A DNA stretch of 64,000 nucleotides from Felis catus (taxonomy: Eukaryota), in the NCBI RefSeq assembly GCF_018350175.1, contig NC_058383.1:8186001-8250000 (forward strand). Direction: 5' to 3'. Shown piece by piece: positions 61,657-64,000 of this stretch. The notes below the pieces were generated by a model. The model searched no databases and was not told the origin of the DNA. It was given only the letters and a program-made list of their open reading frames with translations. Numbering within the stretch: the stretch's first letter is position 1; every line of letters starts with the position of its first letter. Made by a program: the position numbers and the translations under genes.

Positions 61657-63808
61657 TCCCGTGCATCGATGGGTGAATGGATGAAGAAAATGTGGTATTT
61701 ACTTACAGTGGAATATTATTCAGCCTTAACAAAAAAGGAAATCCCACCCTTTGCGACAACACAGATGAACCCGGAGGACAGAGTGCTAAGTGAGAGAAAC
61801 TAGACACAGAAGGACAGATCGTATACGATTCTGTTTATACGAGTGACTTACAATAGTCAAACTTAAGAAAATAATATACAATGGTCACATTTGTAGAAGC
61901 AGGGAGTGAAAAGGTGCTTGCCAGGGGCTGGGGGTGGCAGGAAATTGGGGAGGCAAGAGGAGTGTCTGAGAGATCCGGACGGCACGGTGCCTGTGGTTAA
62001 CAGTGTATGGTACACTTAAACATTCGCCAAGAGGGTAGATCTGACGTTGAGGGTTCTTTTGTTTTTTTAATTTTTTTTTTTTAACATTTATTTATTGTTG
62101 AGAGACAGAGAGAGCAAGCGCAGGGGAGGGTCAGAGAGAGGGAAACACAGAATCGAAGCAGGCTCCAGGCTCCGAGCTGTCAGCACAGAGCCTGACGCGG
62201 GGCTCGAACCCACAAACCAAGAGATCATGACCCGAGCCGAAGTCAGATGCTTAACTGACTGAGCCACCCAGGCGCCCCTGCAGGGTTTTTGTTTTTTTTT
62301 TTTTAAGTCTGTTTATTTATTTTAGAGAGACAGAGTGTGAGCAGGGGAGGGGCAGAGAGAGAGGGAAACACAGAATTCGAAGCAGGCTCCAGGCTCTGAG
62401 CTGTCAGCACAGAGCCTGACACGGGACTCGAACCCATAAACTGTGAGATCATGACCTGAGCCGAAGTCAGATGCTTAATCGACTGAACCATCCAGGTGCC
62501 CCAAACTTTTAACTTTTTAAAATGTTTTATTTATTTTAAAATTTTTTTTTAACATTTATTTATTTTTGAGACAGAGAGAGACAGAGCATGAACGAGGGGA
62601 GGGCCAGAGAGAGAGGGAGACACAGAATCTGAAGCAGGCTCCAGGCTCTGAGCTGCAGCACAGAGCCTGATGCGGGGCTCGAACCCACAAACCAAGAGAT
62701 CATGACCCGAGCCGAAGTCAGATGCTTAACTGACTGAGCCACCCAGGCGCCCCTGCAGGGTTTTTTTTTTTTTTTTTTTAAGTCTGTTTATTTATTTTAG
62801 AGAGACAGAGTGTGAGCAGGGGAGGGGCAGAGAGAGAGGGAAACACAGAATTCGAAGCAGGCTCCAGGCTCTGAGCTGTCAGCACAGAGCCTGACACGGG
62901 ACTCGAACCCATAAACTGTGAGATCATGACCTGAGCCGAAGTCAGATGCTTAATCGACTGAGCCATCCAGGTGCCCCAAACTTTTAACTTTTTAAAATGT
63001 TTTATTTATTTTTAAATTTTTTTTTTAACATTTATTTATTTTTGAGACAGAGAGAGACAGAGCATGAACGGGGGGAGGGCCAGAGAGAGAGGGAGACACA
63101 GAATCTGAAGCAGGCTCCAGGCTCTGAGCTGCAGCACAGAGCCTGATGTGGGGCTCGAACTCACAGACCGTGAGATCATGACCTGAGCGAAGTCGGACGC
63201 TCAACCGACTGAGCCACCCAGGCGCCCCAAAATGTTTTATTTATTTTTGAGAGAGAGAGTGTGTGAGCAGGGGAGGGGCAGAGAGAGAGGGAGACACAGA
63301 ATCCGAAGCAGGCTCCAGGCTCCGAGCTGTCAGCACAGAGCCCGATGCGGGGCTCGAACCCACGAACTGTGAGATCATGACCTGAGCCGAAGTCGGATGC
63401 TTAACCGACTGAGCCACCCAGGCGCCCCTTTTAATAAATTTTTATTTATTTATTTTGAGAATGAGAGAGAGAGAGAGAGTCCCAAGCAAGCTCCGTGCTG
63501 TCAGCGTAGAGCCCGACACAGGGCTCTAACTCACTAACCTCGAGATCATGACCTGAGCTGAGATCAAGAGTTGGACGCCGAACCGACCGAGCCACTCAGG
63601 CCCCCCCCGCCTTTGAGGGTTCTTATCACAAAATAACAATACTAATAAATAAAGAGGGTGAGAGGAATGTTACGGAGGTGCTGGGTGTGTTTACGGTTAG
63701 ATTGTGCTGCTGGTTTGCGGAGTGTATATTTATCTCTGAATTCATCAAGTGGTATCCATTGATTACATATGGCTTTTAGTTTGTCAGTGTCTCAGTAAAG
63801 TGGTTTAG
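61657..63808 (+). mobile_element. L1 3' end (L1MA/MB-type) split by a SINE stack
   Basis: gaatggatgaagaaaatgtggtat...gccaagagggtagatct, resuming after 63624 with atcacaaaataac...ctcagtaaagtggttta. Confidence 0.8.
62059..63612 (-). mobile_element. Stack of seven co-oriented CanSINEs including a 475-bp tandem duplication
   Basis: Seven antisense heads ending at ~62278, 62502, 62753, 62977, 63228, 63428 and 63605; near-identical ORF translations at 62303 and 62778 (offset 475). Confidence 0.92.
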
Positions 63809-64000
63809 AGACACTGTCATGTTTCCAAATGTCCTGCTGTGAGGTCTCTCCTGGAGGGGAGAAAACCTTATCCCCAGGAATGCTAACCAAACGCTCAGCG
63901 ATCCCACCGATCCCGCCGCAGGACTGATTAAAAGAAGCCTTCCTAGCAGCAAAACTGCAAGTCATTAGCTGGCAGCTTTTTCATGTGTGACCGTTGGGTG

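Larger units (their letters stand above)
34745..64000 (+). other. COL26A1: COL26A1 intron 1 (partial, runs past the window end)
   Basis: Starts at GTGAGT. No sequence encoding the expected next segment (HWCHHTVTRTVSCQVQ...) was seen downstream; the region is repeat-rich. Confidence 0.8.

Noticed and set aside
2239..62966. Many similar ~60-90 aa ORFs (MAQSVKRPTSAQVMISRFVSSSP...) resembling a gene family
   Set aside because: They are translations of CanSINE copies, not genes.
62059..63612. Regularly repeated units that could suggest a CRISPR-like array
   Set aside because: Units are ~200-bp SINEs with T-tails and TSDs in a mammalian intron; there are no short repeats with unique spacers and no cas genes.

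Overview
Mammalian genomic DNA from a felid, most likely domestic cat or a close relative: it carries roughly 55 tRNA-derived CanSINEs, including young SINEC_Fc-type copies. The only protein-coding sequence I can support is coding exon 1 of COL26A1 (EMID2, collagen XXVI alpha 1). It lies on the + strand at 34587-34744, inside a CpG island (~34150-35600), and the ORF track misses it. Positions 1-34100 are upstream intergenic DNA; 34745-64000 is intron 1, and I found no exon 2. The rest is SINEs, old L1/L2/MIR fragments, MaLR/ERVL LTRs, hAT fossils and microsatellites. Most notable structures: a ~1.85 kb almost pure C/T tract; a stack of seven co-oriented SINEs containing a 475-bp SINE-SINE recombination duplication; a nearly spacer-less inverted SINE pair; a chain of stop/start-overlapping ORFs ending on the COL26A1 ATG; and several candidate enhancers. 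I see no evidence for a new multi-gene biological system. Repeat family names come from recognising consensus sequences by eye, and repeat boundaries are approximate.
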